This document shows positions 17,750-28,658 of a stretch of DNA of 64,000 nucleotides, in pieces; position 1 is the first letter of the stretch, and each line of letters starts with the position of its first letter. The notes beneath the pieces are model-generated. The model searched no databases, was not told the origin of the DNA, and was given only the letters and a program-made list of their open reading frames with translations. The DNA is from Leptospirales bacterium (GTDB lineage: Bacteria > Spirochaetota > Leptospiria > Turneriellales > JAOUFE01), in assembly GCA_040326155.1 (NCBI GenBank), contig JBEQLE010000010.1, positions 1-64,000 of the forward strand, read 5' to 3'. A program made the position numbers and the translations under genes.

Positions 17750-19309
17750 ATGTCTTTTGATCTTTCATCTTATCAAGAAAAATACTCTGAACTGTTGCGT
17801 GACTACGATCATATTCAAGTGAACCTTGTCGATTATCCAAAAACTCCTTATAATTTGGCGATTGCCACTGCGAGAACCTGCTATAGTTCGAAGGGTTTAA
17901 TTTATCCTGACGACCTTGAAAAAAATGATAAATCAAGAGAGCTTCGCGACCGAATTGCGCGTTCTACTCTCGAAGCCGGCCATGTTACAACTCGCCAGCA
18001 CGCCCATTTTGTTTTCGCTATTTCCGGGGTTTCCCGAAACGTCATCTGGCAGTTTTTACACTCTCATCCCTATTATAATTCGGAACAGGTTTCGCAAAGG
18101 TATGTTCCCATAAAAGGCGGTGACTGGTTTTCTCTTCCCCCGTCTCTAAGAACTGCCGAGGGAAACGCCCACATGGACTTTTGCATAAAGAGTTACCGCG
18201 AGCTTATTGAGGCTCTAACCGGCCCCGTCTCTGAGGTCTATTTTGATATATTTCGCAGCCGTAAGGTTAACCCTGAAAAGTACGCTAAAGATATCGAGAA
18301 AAAGTCGATGGAAGTGGCCCGGTATATTATGCCGCTTTCCACGACCGCTTATTTATACCACACCATAAGCGCGCTTACATTTTACCGCTACGCGAAAATG
18401 TTGGAGCGAAACCTGTTACCCGAAGCTACGGTACTGATTTTAAAAATGGCCGCAGAGCTTGAAAAGGTTGATCCTCTTTTGGTTTCTGAAATTCCGGAAT
18501 CTCTGGAAAAAATTTCGAAAGAGTATGATCCTGCCATTGCCTCACGAAAAAACCGTGAATTCGATGAACGTCTGAACAAAGAAAACCTTCGCTCGATGTT
18601 AATTTCTCACACCGGTGATATTGCAAACAAAATTCCCGAGATAGCAAATCTTATGCGTGGTGGTTTTTCAGGCAATGCGGTCACATTACCCGAACTTCTG
18701 GACGCAGAAAAAAACAGTTATCTGTCGGATCCTCTATACCCGGTAACGCTCGATGAAGATTCCCGTGTGTTGAATCATATGCATTTTACATTCATGAAAA
18801 AACTTTCCCACACCGCCGACTCCCAGGAACAACGCCACCGTACCCTTCCCGGTTCTCGTCCGGACCTTGCGGCCCAGGTCTCTCTTGAGAACGATTATAT
18901 TATACCCGAAATTATAAAAGGCAACCCTGTTTTGTTATCTTTATACAATAATATTATAGAAAAAAGTTTCGATGTTATTCGAGCAACTCACAAAAAAGGC
19001 ATTCCACTTCACGATGTAACAAGCCTGCTGCCAAATGCTTTTCCCGTTCGTTTTTACGAGTCCGGTGACTACCTGAACTTTTTTCACAAGTGGAAGTCGA
19101 GACTCTGTTACAACGCCCAGGAAGAGATTTTTTATTCGACGCTCGATGAACTGAACCAGGTCGAAGCCGCCGTACCCGAACTTCGAGGTTTTATCGGCCC
19201 GCCTTGCGCCCTGCGTAAAACCACCAAACCGCGCTGCCCCGAAGGCGACCGCTACTGCGGCGTCAAAGTCTGGAAACTTTCCCCGTCTGAATATAGCCGG
19301 GTTATATAG
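17750..19309 (+). CDS. thyX: FAD-dependent thymidylate synthase, tandem two-domain form
   Basis: Domain 1: GH.TTRQHAHFVFAISGVSR..EQVSQRYV and ARYIMP. Domain 2: SQEQRHR, LLPNA, RLCYNAQEEI. Confidence 0.75.
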   Translation: MSFDLSSYQEKYSELLRDYDHIQVNLVDYPKTPYNLAIATARTCYSSKGLIYPDDLEKNDKSRELRDRIARSTLEAGHVTTRQHAHFVFAISGVSRNVIWQFLHSHPYYNSEQVSQRYVPIKGGDWFSLPPSLRTAEGNAHMDFCIKSYRELIEALTGPVSEVYFDIFRSRKVNPEKYAKDIEKKSMEVARYIMPLSTTAYLYHTISALTFYRYAKMLERNLLPEATVLILKMAAELEKVDPLLVSEIPESLEKISKEYDPAIASRKNREFDERLNKENLRSMLISHTGDIANKIPEIANLMRGGFSGNAVTLPELLDAEKNSYLSDPLYPVTLDEDSRVLNHMHFTFMKKLSHTADSQEQRHRTLPGSRPDLAAQVSLENDYIIPEIIKGNPVLLSLYNNIIEKSFDVIRATHKKGIPLHDVTSLLPNAFPVRFYESGDYLNFFHKWKSRLCYNAQEEIFYSTLDELNQVEAAVPELRGFIGPPCALRKTTKPRCPEGDRYCGVKVWKLSPSEYSRVI

Positions 19310-19339
19310 TCAACAAGGTAACCATTGGTTTGTCAGTGT

Positions 19340-20428
19340 TTATTTTCTAAGAATCTTTTTCAAGGTTTCAATCAAGACACTGTTTTCGTCAGTTGAGCCG
19401 ATGGAAATTCGCAGCATATTGTCGAGTTTTGAATTTGCAAAATGGCGAACCAGAATTTTCTCTTGTTTTAAAGCTTCCAGAAGGTTTACCGCAGTGGTTT
19501 TTTTCGGGGCTTCAGCCAATACAAAATTTGCCTGGGATGGCAATACGGTAAAACCGAGATTTTCCAGGGAAGCCTGCATTTTTTTTCTCTCGGAAATTAC
19601 CGCTTTCGTTGTTTTATGGAGCCAGGTTTCATCGCTTAGAGCGACCATGCCAATTTCAAGAGCAACAAAATCTTCATTGTAAGAGTCTTTACCCGCCCGT
19701 ATTCCACTCATAATGTAGGGGTTAGCCGACAGAAGGTATCCGGTTCTTAAAGCTGCCAGCGCGTGACTTTTCGAGAAAGTGCGGGTGACCACGCAGTTAT
19801 CGTATTTGCTTAGTTTATGAATGAAGCTGTTTTTGTGTCCATCCGGGCTTTGTTCGACAAAGTCATTATAAGCCTCGTCAATGACCCAGAGCGCTTTCGA
19901 ATTTTCAATAGCTCGTTCCAGTTTTTCAACCGAAGTAAATTCCCCTGTCGGGGCGTTCGGGTTCGGGAAAAAAATCATTTTAGCGTCGGTTTGCGCCAGA
20001 GCTTCGAGATCGACCATGTGACCATTTTTGGCTGGAATATATTCGAGCACGCCATTTGCCGCCGAAACCAGGGTGTCATAAAGGCTATAGGTAAACTCGG
20101 GGGTAGCCACTCGATCGCCTGCGTCGAGAATAATTCGGCACAGCAGCGCCAGAGCTTCGTCGGAACCATTTGTAACTACGACTTGTTCCGGTTCTACATT
20201 ATAATGGAGGGCCAGGGCGCTGCGCAACGGTTCTCCCATCGCATTGGGATATTTTCGAAAAGCCTCCGTGCACATTGCCAGCTCTTTCAGTTTTTGTTCG
20301 ACTTTCGGTGACGGACTAAACGGATTTTCGTTCGTGTTTAGTTTTATCCAGTCGTCGCTTTCGGGTTGTTCCCCCGGAATGTATTCTTTAAATTTTTTAA
20401 AAATATGATTTCGATAGTCTGTTGCCAT
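19340..20428 (-). CDS. hisC: Histidinol-phosphate aminotransferase
   Basis: IKLNTNENPF, NGSDE, NPNAPTG, IDEAY, RTFSKSHALAALRTGY. Confidence 0.92.
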   Translation of the reverse strand: MATDYRNHIFKKFKEYIPGEQPESDDWIKLNTNENPFSPSPKVEQKLKELAMCTEAFRKYPNAMGEPLRSALALHYNVEPEQVVVTNGSDEALALLCRIILDAGDRVATPEFTYSLYDTLVSAANGVLEYIPAKNGHMVDLEALAQTDAKMIFFPNPNAPTGEFTSVEKLERAIENSKALWVIDEAYNDFVEQSPDGHKNSFIHKLSKYDNCVVTRTFSKSHALAALRTGYLLSANPYIMSGIRAGKDSYNEDFVALEIGMVALSDETWLHKTTKAVISERKKMQASLENLGFTVLPSQANFVLAEAPKKTTAVNLLEALKQEKILVRHFANSKLDNMLRISIGSTDENSVLIETLKKILRK

Positions 20429-20447
20429 AGCATCCCCGAATAAGTTT

Positions 20448-20918
20448 TTATGTATTCATGGAATTGTAATCATAATGCCAAGTCATTTTTGCGACCATTT
20501 TGATAAGTTTTTCATTCCACATGTAGCCCTGGTCTGTTTTTTCCAGTTTCTCGCCGAGGTCCATTTTAGCCTGTCGCGTAATTCTTGCCCAGCTCTTTAA
20601 TCTTTTTAAACCAAGGTATATGCGTTCTTGTTCGTCGCATGTTAAAAATGCACTGTCCGTGGTAATTTTTTCACCGGTTTCCAGAATAAAATTTTCTCGG
20701 TTTATATGTAGCACATTGACCAATGGTCCCTCAACCTGAACATAAACCTTTTCTGTCATTTCTTTAAACTCGTTTTCAATAAAAACCCCTTTGTGGTCGT
20801 ATTGTAAATGCTGTTTAAAAAAAAGGAGTATTTGTTGATTTTCAATTTTCTGAGTATTGTTGAACCATTCACCGGATGAGTCTATACGTATTTTGCTATT
20901 AACCTCCCGAGGAGGCAT
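20448..20918 (-). CDS. Hypothetical protein, DUF1285-like
   Basis: IRIDSSGEWF and EKVYVQVEG motifs; its start overlaps the MCP stop codon. Confidence 0.55.
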   Translation of the reverse strand: MPPREVNSKIRIDSSGEWFNNTQKIENQQILLFFKQHLQYDHKGVFIENEFKEMTEKVYVQVEGPLVNVLHINRENFILETGEKITTDSAFLTCDEQERIYLGLKRLKSWARITRQAKMDLGEKLEKTDQGYMWNEKLIKMVAKMTWHYDYNSMNT

Positions 20919-22474
20919 TAGACCCTTTCCATAATGGTATTCAATTCCAAAGCGCTTCGACGAATTTCACGCGACAGAGTTTCGAGCCTTTCAGAGTTGT
21001 GCTCAATGACCTGAGCCTTCTTATTCATATCTTTCATCTCAATAAGTATATTATCTTTTGTCTCAATTTGCTTGTCGGTTAAATCACTAATACTACTCGC
21101 CATACCCTTAAGGTCAGTAATGAGGTCTTTGCCATTGGTGGCTTTTTCACTACTTTCTTTGGCAAGCGTACTGATTTCATGCAAGAAGTCTTCCACTTCT
21201 GACATATTATCTGCAATTTGTAGAAAAGAGTGAGCAAGTCTGTTCACTAGATCACTACTGATGTCCACTTTTTCGATCTCTTCAGCGACGAGTTCAGAAA
21301 TGGTAGAGGCTGAGTCTGTGGTTCGCTCGGCCAGTTTACTAATTTCTTCAGCAACAACGGCAAAACCACGACCATATTGCCCGGCGCGCGCTGCCTCAAT
21401 AGAGGCATTCAAGGAGAGCATATTCACTTTCTCAGCAATTTGCTGAATGGTAATGTTCATATTCTCAATTTTATCCGTGCTGGACTTTACTTCTGATACG
21501 GCAAAAAGTGTTTCCCGAACAGTGGTAACCCCGAAGTTTGCTTCTTTGGAAGTTTCTTGAACTTTTGATTCATACCGAATCGATTTATCGGTCAGTTTTG
21601 CCAAAGAGTCGTTGACCTCATTTAAACTATTCGCAGCTTTTCCCACCATTTCTTTCTGGGTCTTTGCCGAAAGTGCTATATCTTCCGTATGAACACCTGC
21701 TGAAGTAAGCGAGTTCATACCTTTGTTAATGGTTTTAACGGTTCCTGTGGCATTATACCTCAGGTCAACACTCATCTGGTGTAGAAACTCGGATGATTTC
21801 GATAAGGAATCGGTAAGCTGAGTCGACTGAATAATACGTTGCATTTTTTCAACCTGAACTCTACGTTTTTCAGCTTCTTTACCAGATATCTCAAGTGAAG
21901 TATCCATAATTGATCTTAAAATAGACAGAACGATGGAGGAGAGTAAAATTGAAAATGTTATAATGGCCATACCGGCTTTTGCAGCTTGAAGAGGTTGCTC
22001 TGTTAATACGGGGATGGCTCGGTAATAGTAAAATATTAAGGCGCCAAGAAATAACGCGGCAATTGTAAAAATAAACCTTTTCCAGGCAAACAGAGCGGCA
22101 AAGATCAATACGGAGATCATTAAATAAGGATATGTTGTAAAACCGACAATTTCTTCGCTACCCAGTTTTGTAATCAGCCCTACAATGACTACCGCTGTAA
22201 GAACAAACAATAAAATATGGGATCCCAGGTAAAAATAACCCATAACCAGAAGGACTAAAGCTACAATGGCGGCCGTACCGACAGCAAAAATTGCTGGAGC
22301 TGCAATCTCCAATCGTTCTGGTATTTCAACTGCATACCAAAGATATAAAAACAACTGGGCCAGAGACAGAACTATCGTAAAAATCAGAAATACACGGGCT
22401 TTACGTATGGAAACATAATCCCGGCCTTCATACTTATATAATATTTTATCGCGGAATGCGGCTAGTACTTCCAT
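20918..22474 (-). CDS. Methyl-accepting chemotaxis protein with multi-TM N-terminus
   Basis: [37 protein letters not shown]; about six hydrophobic segments. Confidence 0.93.
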   Translation of the reverse strand: MEVLAAFRDKILYKYEGRDYVSIRKARVFLIFTIVLSLAQLFLYLWYAVEIPERLEIAAPAIFAVGTAAIVALVLLVMGYFYLGSHILLFVLTAVVIVGLITKLGSEEIVGFTTYPYLMISVLIFAALFAWKRFIFTIAALFLGALIFYYYRAIPVLTEQPLQAAKAGMAIITFSILLSSIVLSILRSIMDTSLEISGKEAEKRRVQVEKMQRIIQSTQLTDSLSKSSEFLHQMSVDLRYNATGTVKTINKGMNSLTSAGVHTEDIALSAKTQKEMVGKAANSLNEVNDSLAKLTDKSIRYESKVQETSKEANFGVTTVRETLFAVSEVKSSTDKIENMNITIQQIAEKVNMLSLNASIEAARAGQYGRGFAVVAEEISKLAERTTDSASTISELVAEEIEKVDISSDLVNRLAHSFLQIADNMSEVEDFLHEISTLAKESSEKATNGKDLITDLKGMASSISDLTDKQIETKDNILIEMKDMNKKAQVIEHNSERLETLSREIRRSALELNTIMERV

Positions 22475-22619
22475 ACTTTTCCATTATCGGTTCTTTTGCT
22501 TAGATACTTCATTGAATCTTGTCCTTGTCTACCTATTTATTGCAAATAAACTAACTACTATGTAAACACATTTTTTGAATAATCATTGCCATCAGGTCGT
22601 AAGAGGTAGAAACGGGGGG

Positions 22620-23537
22620 ATGCTGCGGACCATCATGGTACGTCTTTTTTCACTGGTTTTTTTGTTTGTGTTTTTAACCTTTATCGGACTGGCGATGCAA
22701 AAAAGCCGGGCAGGTTCGGCAGCTCTGGTTTTGTCGGGCCAGAGAGCGGACGGAGCCGAAATTGAAAAGCTTCGTCAAGATCTCGGTGAAAACGACAGTT
22801 TTGGACGAACATTCTTATACTCTTTAAAAAAAGTAGCTACTTTCAACTTTGGCAACACCATCCGAGACCAACCGGTTATGCCAATGGTTTGGCAGGGTTT
22901 TCGGCATACTTTTGTGCTGGCCTTCTGGGCGGCTATTTTTGCCCTGTTTTACGGACTTTTCATGGGAATTTCAGGAAGAATTTACCTGAAGTTGAAAGCC
23001 AGGGCGATGAAATTAAATTATTTCTTGCTATCGGTCCCCATTTTTATTGTATCTTTATTATTACTCTGGGTGTTTTCATTGACTTTTTCTGTTTTTCCAC
23101 CAGGAGGAACGGCAGGTCATTTTTGGTTTGTTTTGCCGGCGCTTGCTCTGGGTATTAAATCTGGCGCACGCCTTGCCCTGTTTACCGATGAATTTATCGA
23201 TCGAGAAGCAAAAAAGCCGTATGTATTGACGGCAAGGGCTTCGGGCATACCATCCTGGAAAATATACTCATTTTTTGTGGTAAAAAATATGCTATTACCG
23301 CTTTTATCTTTCTGGTTGCTTGAATTCGGCTCTTACCTGGCCGGAGCCGCCATTGTGGAAACTATTTTCAGCGTTCCGGGAATCGGGAGTTTATTGCTTC
23401 GCGCCCTGATGCAATACGACTTGAACTTGATTTTAGGGGCTCTGGTGTTTATTGCGGTTTTAATTTTTACAATTACTATTATTCAGGAAATTCTTGATAA
23501 AATTTATGCAAAATATACCTCTGAACAAGCGATATAA
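22620..23537 (+). CDS. ABC transporter permease, OppB/DppB-like
   Basis: KPYVLTARASG EAA loop; GAAIVETIFSVPGIG. ATG 22620 chosen; start uncertain. Confidence 0.85.
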   Translation: MLRTIMVRLFSLVFLFVFLTFIGLAMQKSRAGSAALVLSGQRADGAEIEKLRQDLGENDSFGRTFLYSLKKVATFNFGNTIRDQPVMPMVWQGFRHTFVLAFWAAIFALFYGLFMGISGRIYLKLKARAMKLNYFLLSVPIFIVSLLLLWVFSLTFSVFPPGGTAGHFWFVLPALALGIKSGARLALFTDEFIDREAKKPYVLTARASGIPSWKIYSFFVVKNMLLPLLSFWLLEFGSYLAGAAIVETIFSVPGIGSLLLRALMQYDLNLILGALVFIAVLIFTITIIQEILDKIYAKYTSEQAI

Positions 23538-24303
23538 AAAACAGGTCTGGGCGATATCCTTTTTTGGATTTTTTGCCATAGCATCTGTTTTTATAAGCTC
23601 ACCCGATGTGAACGCCTCTTTAGCGTATGTTTCGCCTTATTTTAAAGGCCTGGGAGATTTCTCAGTTTTCGGGTTCTCCCCGCTGGGCGAGTCCGTTGCC
23701 TCTTTACTTGTATGGGGTTTCTGGCAAACTATTTTTATCGCCTTTTCTGGACGGTTTCTAGCTATTGTACTGGTATTTGTGGGGTCTGCGGCAGCTTCGG
23801 TAGGCGGTAAAAGCGCTCATTTCGTTATAACCAGAATTTGTGAAGCTTTTATGACACTTCCTTCTTTGTTAATCGCTCTGTCGTTGGGCTTTATATTGGG
23901 TGAGGGAGCCTATGTAATGATTCTTGTTATTGGAATTTCCGAATGGGCTTTTAACCAGAAATGGATGCTGGGCAGGTTGCATGAATATGAGCGACACGAT
24001 TATATTATGGCCAGCCGTCTCCTGGGAGCAGGGCCATTGCATCTTTTTTTCAGACAGCATTTTCCTTTAATGCGGGCTGACCTCGGGGTTTTGTTTTTTT
24101 TATATTTACCAGGCAGTCTGTTAACCGTCGCAGCTCTCGAATTTCTAGGTCTATCGACAGGCGCTGGTATTCCCGGTCTGGGTTATCAGGTTGCTTTAAA
24201 TAAAGACGTGGTGTTTTTATATCCCCACACAATATTGCCCTCGGGTGTTTTAATTGTGCTTACCGTATTTGTGACAAACCACATGAGGAACAAGAGTGCT
24301 TGA
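23494..24303 (+). CDS. ABC transporter permease, OppC/DppC-like
   Basis: DYIMASRLLGA EAA loop; ALEFLGLS; TM segments. Confidence 0.82.
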   Translation: MIKFMQNIPLNKRYKKQVWAISFFGFFAIASVFISSPDVNASLAYVSPYFKGLGDFSVFGFSPLGESVASLLVWGFWQTIFIAFSGRFLAIVLVFVGSAAASVGGKSAHFVITRICEAFMTLPSLLIALSLGFILGEGAYVMILVIGISEWAFNQKWMLGRLHEYERHDYIMASRLLGAGPLHLFFRQHFPLMRADLGVLFFLYLPGSLLTVAALEFLGLSTGAGIPGLGYQVALNKDVVFLYPHTILPSGVLIVLTVFVTNHMRNKSA

Positions 24304-25123
24304 AAGAGTAAGTGAACGAATAGGCATCGTTACAGGTTCAGGAAAGTTGCCGGGTATTGCAGTCTCCGAAGCGTTATTGGGCAGTGTTCCTTTTAAAGTG
24401 TATACAACAGACGATTCTGTGAAATTACCGAGCGTAACCTATGACATCGAATCGGTAAAAATAGAAAAATTCGGACGCCTGTTAAAACTTTTAAAAAAAG
24501 ATAAAATTACACAACTGGTTATTCTCGGAAAAATGTATAAAGATGTTTTACTAAGAGACATCGGATTCGATCTAAAAGCTCTCTCGGTAATTCGTAAAAT
24601 GAAAAACAAATCGGACCATACCCTTTACACCGCAATCGCAACAGAAATAGAAAAAGCGGGCATTGAAATTTTGCCGCAAACATCGTTGTTAAAAACTCTG
24701 GTAGCACAAGAAAAGTTTTATACAAAAGGAAAACTGTCAAAAGAGCAACAGTCCGACATCGACTTTGGCCTCGTCCAGGCTGTAAAGCTTAGTGAACTCG
24801 ACATTGGCCAGACGGTTGTAGTCTCCAGAGGTATAGTACTCGCAGTTGAAGCCCTGGAGGGAACCGACGCAACAATTCGCAGAGGCGGGAGCCTTGCAAA
24901 ACAGGGTTCGGCAGTGGTATGCAAAGCGACTCGCACAACCCAGGACATCCGTTTCGATATACCAACCATAGGCCTTACAACACTGAAAACCATGCAAAAA
25001 TATAATTGCACCGTACTAGCCGTCGAGGCGGGCCGAACTCTACTGGTCGACCAACAAAAAATGGTTGAGACCGCTGAAAAATCTGGAATAATCATTGTCG
25101 CTAAATCAATTCTACGAAGGTAA
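24296..25123 (+). CDS. lpxI: UDP-2,3-diacylglucosamine pyrophosphatase (DUF1009)
   Basis: GIVTGSGKLP, LDIGQTVVV, AVEALEGTDATIRRGG, QDIRFDIPTIG. Confidence 0.92.
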   Translation: MLERVSERIGIVTGSGKLPGIAVSEALLGSVPFKVYTTDDSVKLPSVTYDIESVKIEKFGRLLKLLKKDKITQLVILGKMYKDVLLRDIGFDLKALSVIRKMKNKSDHTLYTAIATEIEKAGIEILPQTSLLKTLVAQEKFYTKGKLSKEQQSDIDFGLVQAVKLSELDIGQTVVVSRGIVLAVEALEGTDATIRRGGSLAKQGSAVVCKATRTTQDIRFDIPTIGLTTLKTMQKYNCTVLAVEAGRTLLVDQQKMVETAEKSGIIIVAKSILRR

Positions 25124-25211
25124 ACTGCTTGGGGGGGAGGTAGCGTAATAACGTCGATTCTCTGTTGTATTACGACGAACTTCAAAATAAAAACCATTTC
25201 CAGTAAAATAC

Positions 25212-25233
25212 GCGGGGGGAAACTTTCCCCCGC
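25212..25233. terminator. GC-rich hairpin downstream of lpxI
   Basis: GCGGGGGGAA-ac-TTTCCCCCGC. Confidence 0.5.
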
Positions 25234-25309
25234 CTGCTATTTCTTAAAATGTAAAAAAAGACCAACAAATTGTTAAATAATCGTTTACAGGCACGTCCTA
25301 GTTATCAGC

Positions 25310-25609
25310 ATGTTTGAAGAACTTACAAAAGAAGGTTCCCTTATGGAAGAAACCAGCATTCGTCCTGCTTATGTAGAAGCATACCAGTATACATTATCAA
25401 ATAAAAAACTGTTATCCACAGATTCTCTGTGTGGGTGTTACCATTGTTTAAAGGTTTTTAACCCTTCGGCGATAACACAATGGATATCAGACGCGGTAGA
25501 TGGCACAGCGGTTTGCCCTCATTGTGGAATTGACTCCGTTTTAGGAAAAAATTCAGGATTTCCCATTGAATCGGAATTTTTGCAAAAAATGCACAACCAC
25601 TGGCTATAA
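25310..25609 (+). CDS. Small Cys-rich (zinc-ribbon-like) conserved hypothetical protein
   Basis: CGCYHC...TAVCPHCGIDSVLG...FLQKMHNHW. Confidence 0.7.
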   Translation: MFEELTKEGSLMEETSIRPAYVEAYQYTLSNKKLLSTDSLCGCYHCLKVFNPSAITQWISDAVDGTAVCPHCGIDSVLGKNSGFPIESEFLQKMHNHWL

Positions 25610-25754
25610 CTCGACTTAGAATAATTCTTACTCCAATTTCTCTGTTGAACTTTCCCGAATAAAAACTACTATCTGGTACATGGGTTTGAAAAAACTCTTG
25701 ATGCGATGTCTTTAAAATAGACTTCATCGGCTTCGTGTAAAGGGAGTAAGTTTT

Positions 25755-26657
25755 ATGAGTACTGATGGCGGAACAAAAGCAATTATTTATGCATTCTCAG
25801 CAAATCTTGGTATCGGAATTACCAAAACCATAGCAGCCGTTATAACGGGCTCAGGTTCGATGATCGCAGAGGCTATTCACTCCTATGCCGATTGCACCAA
25901 CCAGCTGTTGCTGTTTTTAGGTCTGAGGCAGGCTGATCGTCCTGCTACGGCAAAAAATCCATTGGGTCATGGTAAAGCAATTTACTTCTGGTCGTTTATT
26001 GTCGCCATTTTGCTTTTTAGTATGGGTGGGATGTTTTCACTATATCAAGGCATCCAAAAATTATTTCATCCCCACGAGATGAGCAGCCCCTTCATAGCCC
26101 TGGGTGTTCTTGCCGTTTCCATAGTTCTCGAAGGCCTTGCACTTCGCGGTGTCATGAAGGCCATCGAACCAGACCGTAAGGAAAGATCTTACTGGAGATG
26201 GTTTAAAGAGTCCCGGCAAAGCCAGTTTATTGTAATTTTTGCAGAGGACTTCGCCGCTCTGCTTGGTCTGATTTTTGCTTTTTTTGCAGTTCTGGCGGCC
26301 TACCTGACAGGCAACCCGATGTATGACAGCATTGGAACCATCGCCATCGGAACTCTGTTAATTCTAGTCGCTGCTCTGGTTGGAGTCGAGGTAAAAAGCC
26401 TTCTAATCGGTGAATCGGCCTCAAAAGAAGAAGAAAAAGCGATTACCAAATTAATCAATGCAGACTCCGCAGTAAAAAAAGTTCTGCATCTAATTACCAT
26501 TGAACACGGCCCCAGTATGGTCGTTGCCATTAAAGTCCACATGGAACCATCGACTTCTAAAAAAATGATCGATAATATTAACCGCCTGGAAAAAGAGTTA
26601 AAGAAGTTAAACCCCCGTATACGTCAGACATTTTTTGAGCCAGATTTTAAAAAATAA
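25755..26657 (+). CDS. Cation diffusion facilitator family transporter
   Basis: GSGSMIAEAIHSYAD, PLGHGKAIYFWSF, EDFAAL, DSIGTIAIG. Confidence 0.9.
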   Translation: MSTDGGTKAIIYAFSANLGIGITKTIAAVITGSGSMIAEAIHSYADCTNQLLLFLGLRQADRPATAKNPLGHGKAIYFWSFIVAILLFSMGGMFSLYQGIQKLFHPHEMSSPFIALGVLAVSIVLEGLALRGVMKAIEPDRKERSYWRWFKESRQSQFIVIFAEDFAALLGLIFAFFAVLAAYLTGNPMYDSIGTIAIGTLLILVAALVGVEVKSLLIGESASKEEEKAITKLINADSAVKKVLHLITIEHGPSMVVAIKVHMEPSTSKKMIDNINRLEKELKKLNPRIRQTFFEPDFKK

Positions 26658-26780
26658 TATTAACCCAGATTTTGCGGGCCCGGTTCTACGCTCCCATTTT
26701 TATATTATTGTGGGAATCGCGATACAAGCGCGTAGGCATGAGCAGGAAAAGATTTGTTGAGTGCAGAAATCTAGGCAATG

Positions 26781-28259
26781 TTATAGATTTATCGATTTAT
26801 TCCATTCTGCCATTGCAACCGTGATCGTACTTTCTAACCAATCGTGAAAACGTTTCAATGTATTATCCTGTGTTTCTGCATAATTAAACTGGAATAAGTC
26901 AGGTGAACCAGGCTGTACATTGACCAGTTCGGTTGCAGTGGGTTCGTCCTTTGGAATACGCTGAGATGTGAAGGAAGTAGCCGCCATAATACCATTATTA
27001 CTTTGGCCATAGCCATGAAAACTAATGATAAATTCAAACCTTTTCTCTGTTTGAATTATTAGTCTGATATAAGATTTATAATTGTCAAAATTGGCAAAGT
27101 AATCAAATTTATTTGCTATTTGAATAATTTCATAATGATAATAGTGGCTTTTCAAATCATCGTTTAAAGCTGAGAATGTGTTTGCAAAGAATTTTTTTCC
27201 TGGTAATGATATATCCTGTAATTGTTTATCGATCACATTACCTATCTTATCCAGTTCACCAACCGCATTGTTGTGTAACGCCTTTGCTATAATATAAACA
27301 TCATTTAATTTGTCACGTTGTGCTTTATATTTATTTTTTAAAGCTGTAATAGCAGTACTGATAATTTGCTCAGAATGTTTTGATTGTTCTACTTGTTTTT
27401 GAATTTCCATAGCAGAAAGAATAGCATCTCTTTGCCTTTTTACAAAAAGTTTTATCAGGAATTCTAATTTACCTTCGTCTGCGGACTCAAGAGCCTCAAT
27501 ATACTCCCGTCTTTCCTGGTCCCGAATGACCAATGGGAAAAGACCCTTTCTTAAAAATACTAGAGTTGCTAATGCACGAGCTACACGACCGTTCCCATCT
27601 TGAAATGGATGAATTTGTGTGAAGCGGTGGTGCAACCATGCTGATAGAATTTCTGGAGGCACTTCATCTTCAAGCTCTGCATACCATTTTACCAAATTTT
27701 CCATTTCATCACGAACCAATTCGGGTGGGCAATAAAAATGCATTTCTCCATCTGGTCTTCTAGGATTATTTTCTTGTTTTTTATACTCACCTTTTAATAA
27801 TTTAACCGGAACTTTTTTTCCGTCACTAGTTAGAGCAATTGTTGTCTCCTGATTTTTAGTAAATTCTGCATGAATAGATCGTATAAAATGTTCATTTAAT
27901 GGCTGTTCTCCTTTAACGTATGAGAAGAGTCCCTCAACAATATTATATTGATCATCAATTAGAATTTTAACATTTTCAGCCTCATCTTTGAGCAAACCTC
28001 CTTTATGGGAAATTAGTGATGAATCAATACCTTGCTCTATTAATAATTCAGTAACTCCTCGATCCCAGGTATATAAGCGTTCAATGATGCCGGTTTCAAT
28101 GGCCCATTCTCGTTGTAATTTTTTAATAAATTCCTGATATTCGTTTGATTGCTCAAGTTCACCTTTCTTTTCATTCCAGATATCACATAGAGCTTGAAGT
28201 TCAGTAGACTTTAAATTAAATACATTTTTAGCTAATTTACTTACATTGTTATATTTCAT
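26781..28259 (-). CDS. Fic-domain protein with C-terminal extension
   Basis: HPFQDGNGRVAR catalytic motif; TGIIER resembles the inhibitory (S/T)xxxE helix; ATG 28259 preferred. Confidence 0.9.
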   Translation of the reverse strand: MKYNNVSKLAKNVFNLKSTELQALCDIWNEKKGELEQSNEYQEFIKKLQREWAIETGIIERLYTWDRGVTELLIEQGIDSSLISHKGGLLKDEAENVKILIDDQYNIVEGLFSYVKGEQPLNEHFIRSIHAEFTKNQETTIALTSDGKKVPVKLLKGEYKKQENNPRRPDGEMHFYCPPELVRDEMENLVKWYAELEDEVPPEILSAWLHHRFTQIHPFQDGNGRVARALATLVFLRKGLFPLVIRDQERREYIEALESADEGKLEFLIKLFVKRQRDAILSAMEIQKQVEQSKHSEQIISTAITALKNKYKAQRDKLNDVYIIAKALHNNAVGELDKIGNVIDKQLQDISLPGKKFFANTFSALNDDLKSHYYHYEIIQIANKFDYFANFDNYKSYIRLIIQTEKRFEFIISFHGYGQSNNGIMAATSFTSQRIPKDEPTATELVNVQPGSPDLFQFNYAETQDNTLKRFHDWLESTITVAMAEWNKSINL

Positions 28260-28658
28260 AAAGTACAACTACATTGGGTTAGGTTAACCTATATACATAT
28301 AATTCGCCGAACAGTAAATTTTTACCTTATCGCACTTAACTCTGCCTCCACCCAACAATCGCAAAAAATAATTGAATTTTCTTGTGAACTAAAACCGATA
28401 TCAAACTACTTTCCGATGGGGTTGCCCCTTCTTATAAACCAAAAATCACCAAACTTTATGGTGAGGGTTAACTTAGAAAACATTTTCATTCGGGACGTTT
28501 GCAGATGGTATTTTTAATAGAAAATTATCATGAGATGATAACCAATTAGATCCATATTCAATTGTATAATTATGCCAGGGGGTTTATCTGTGTTGGAAGT
28601 TAGTTGACACTTGGTTGTAACATTACTTACTAGTCAAAATCAACAATATGGAGTGACT

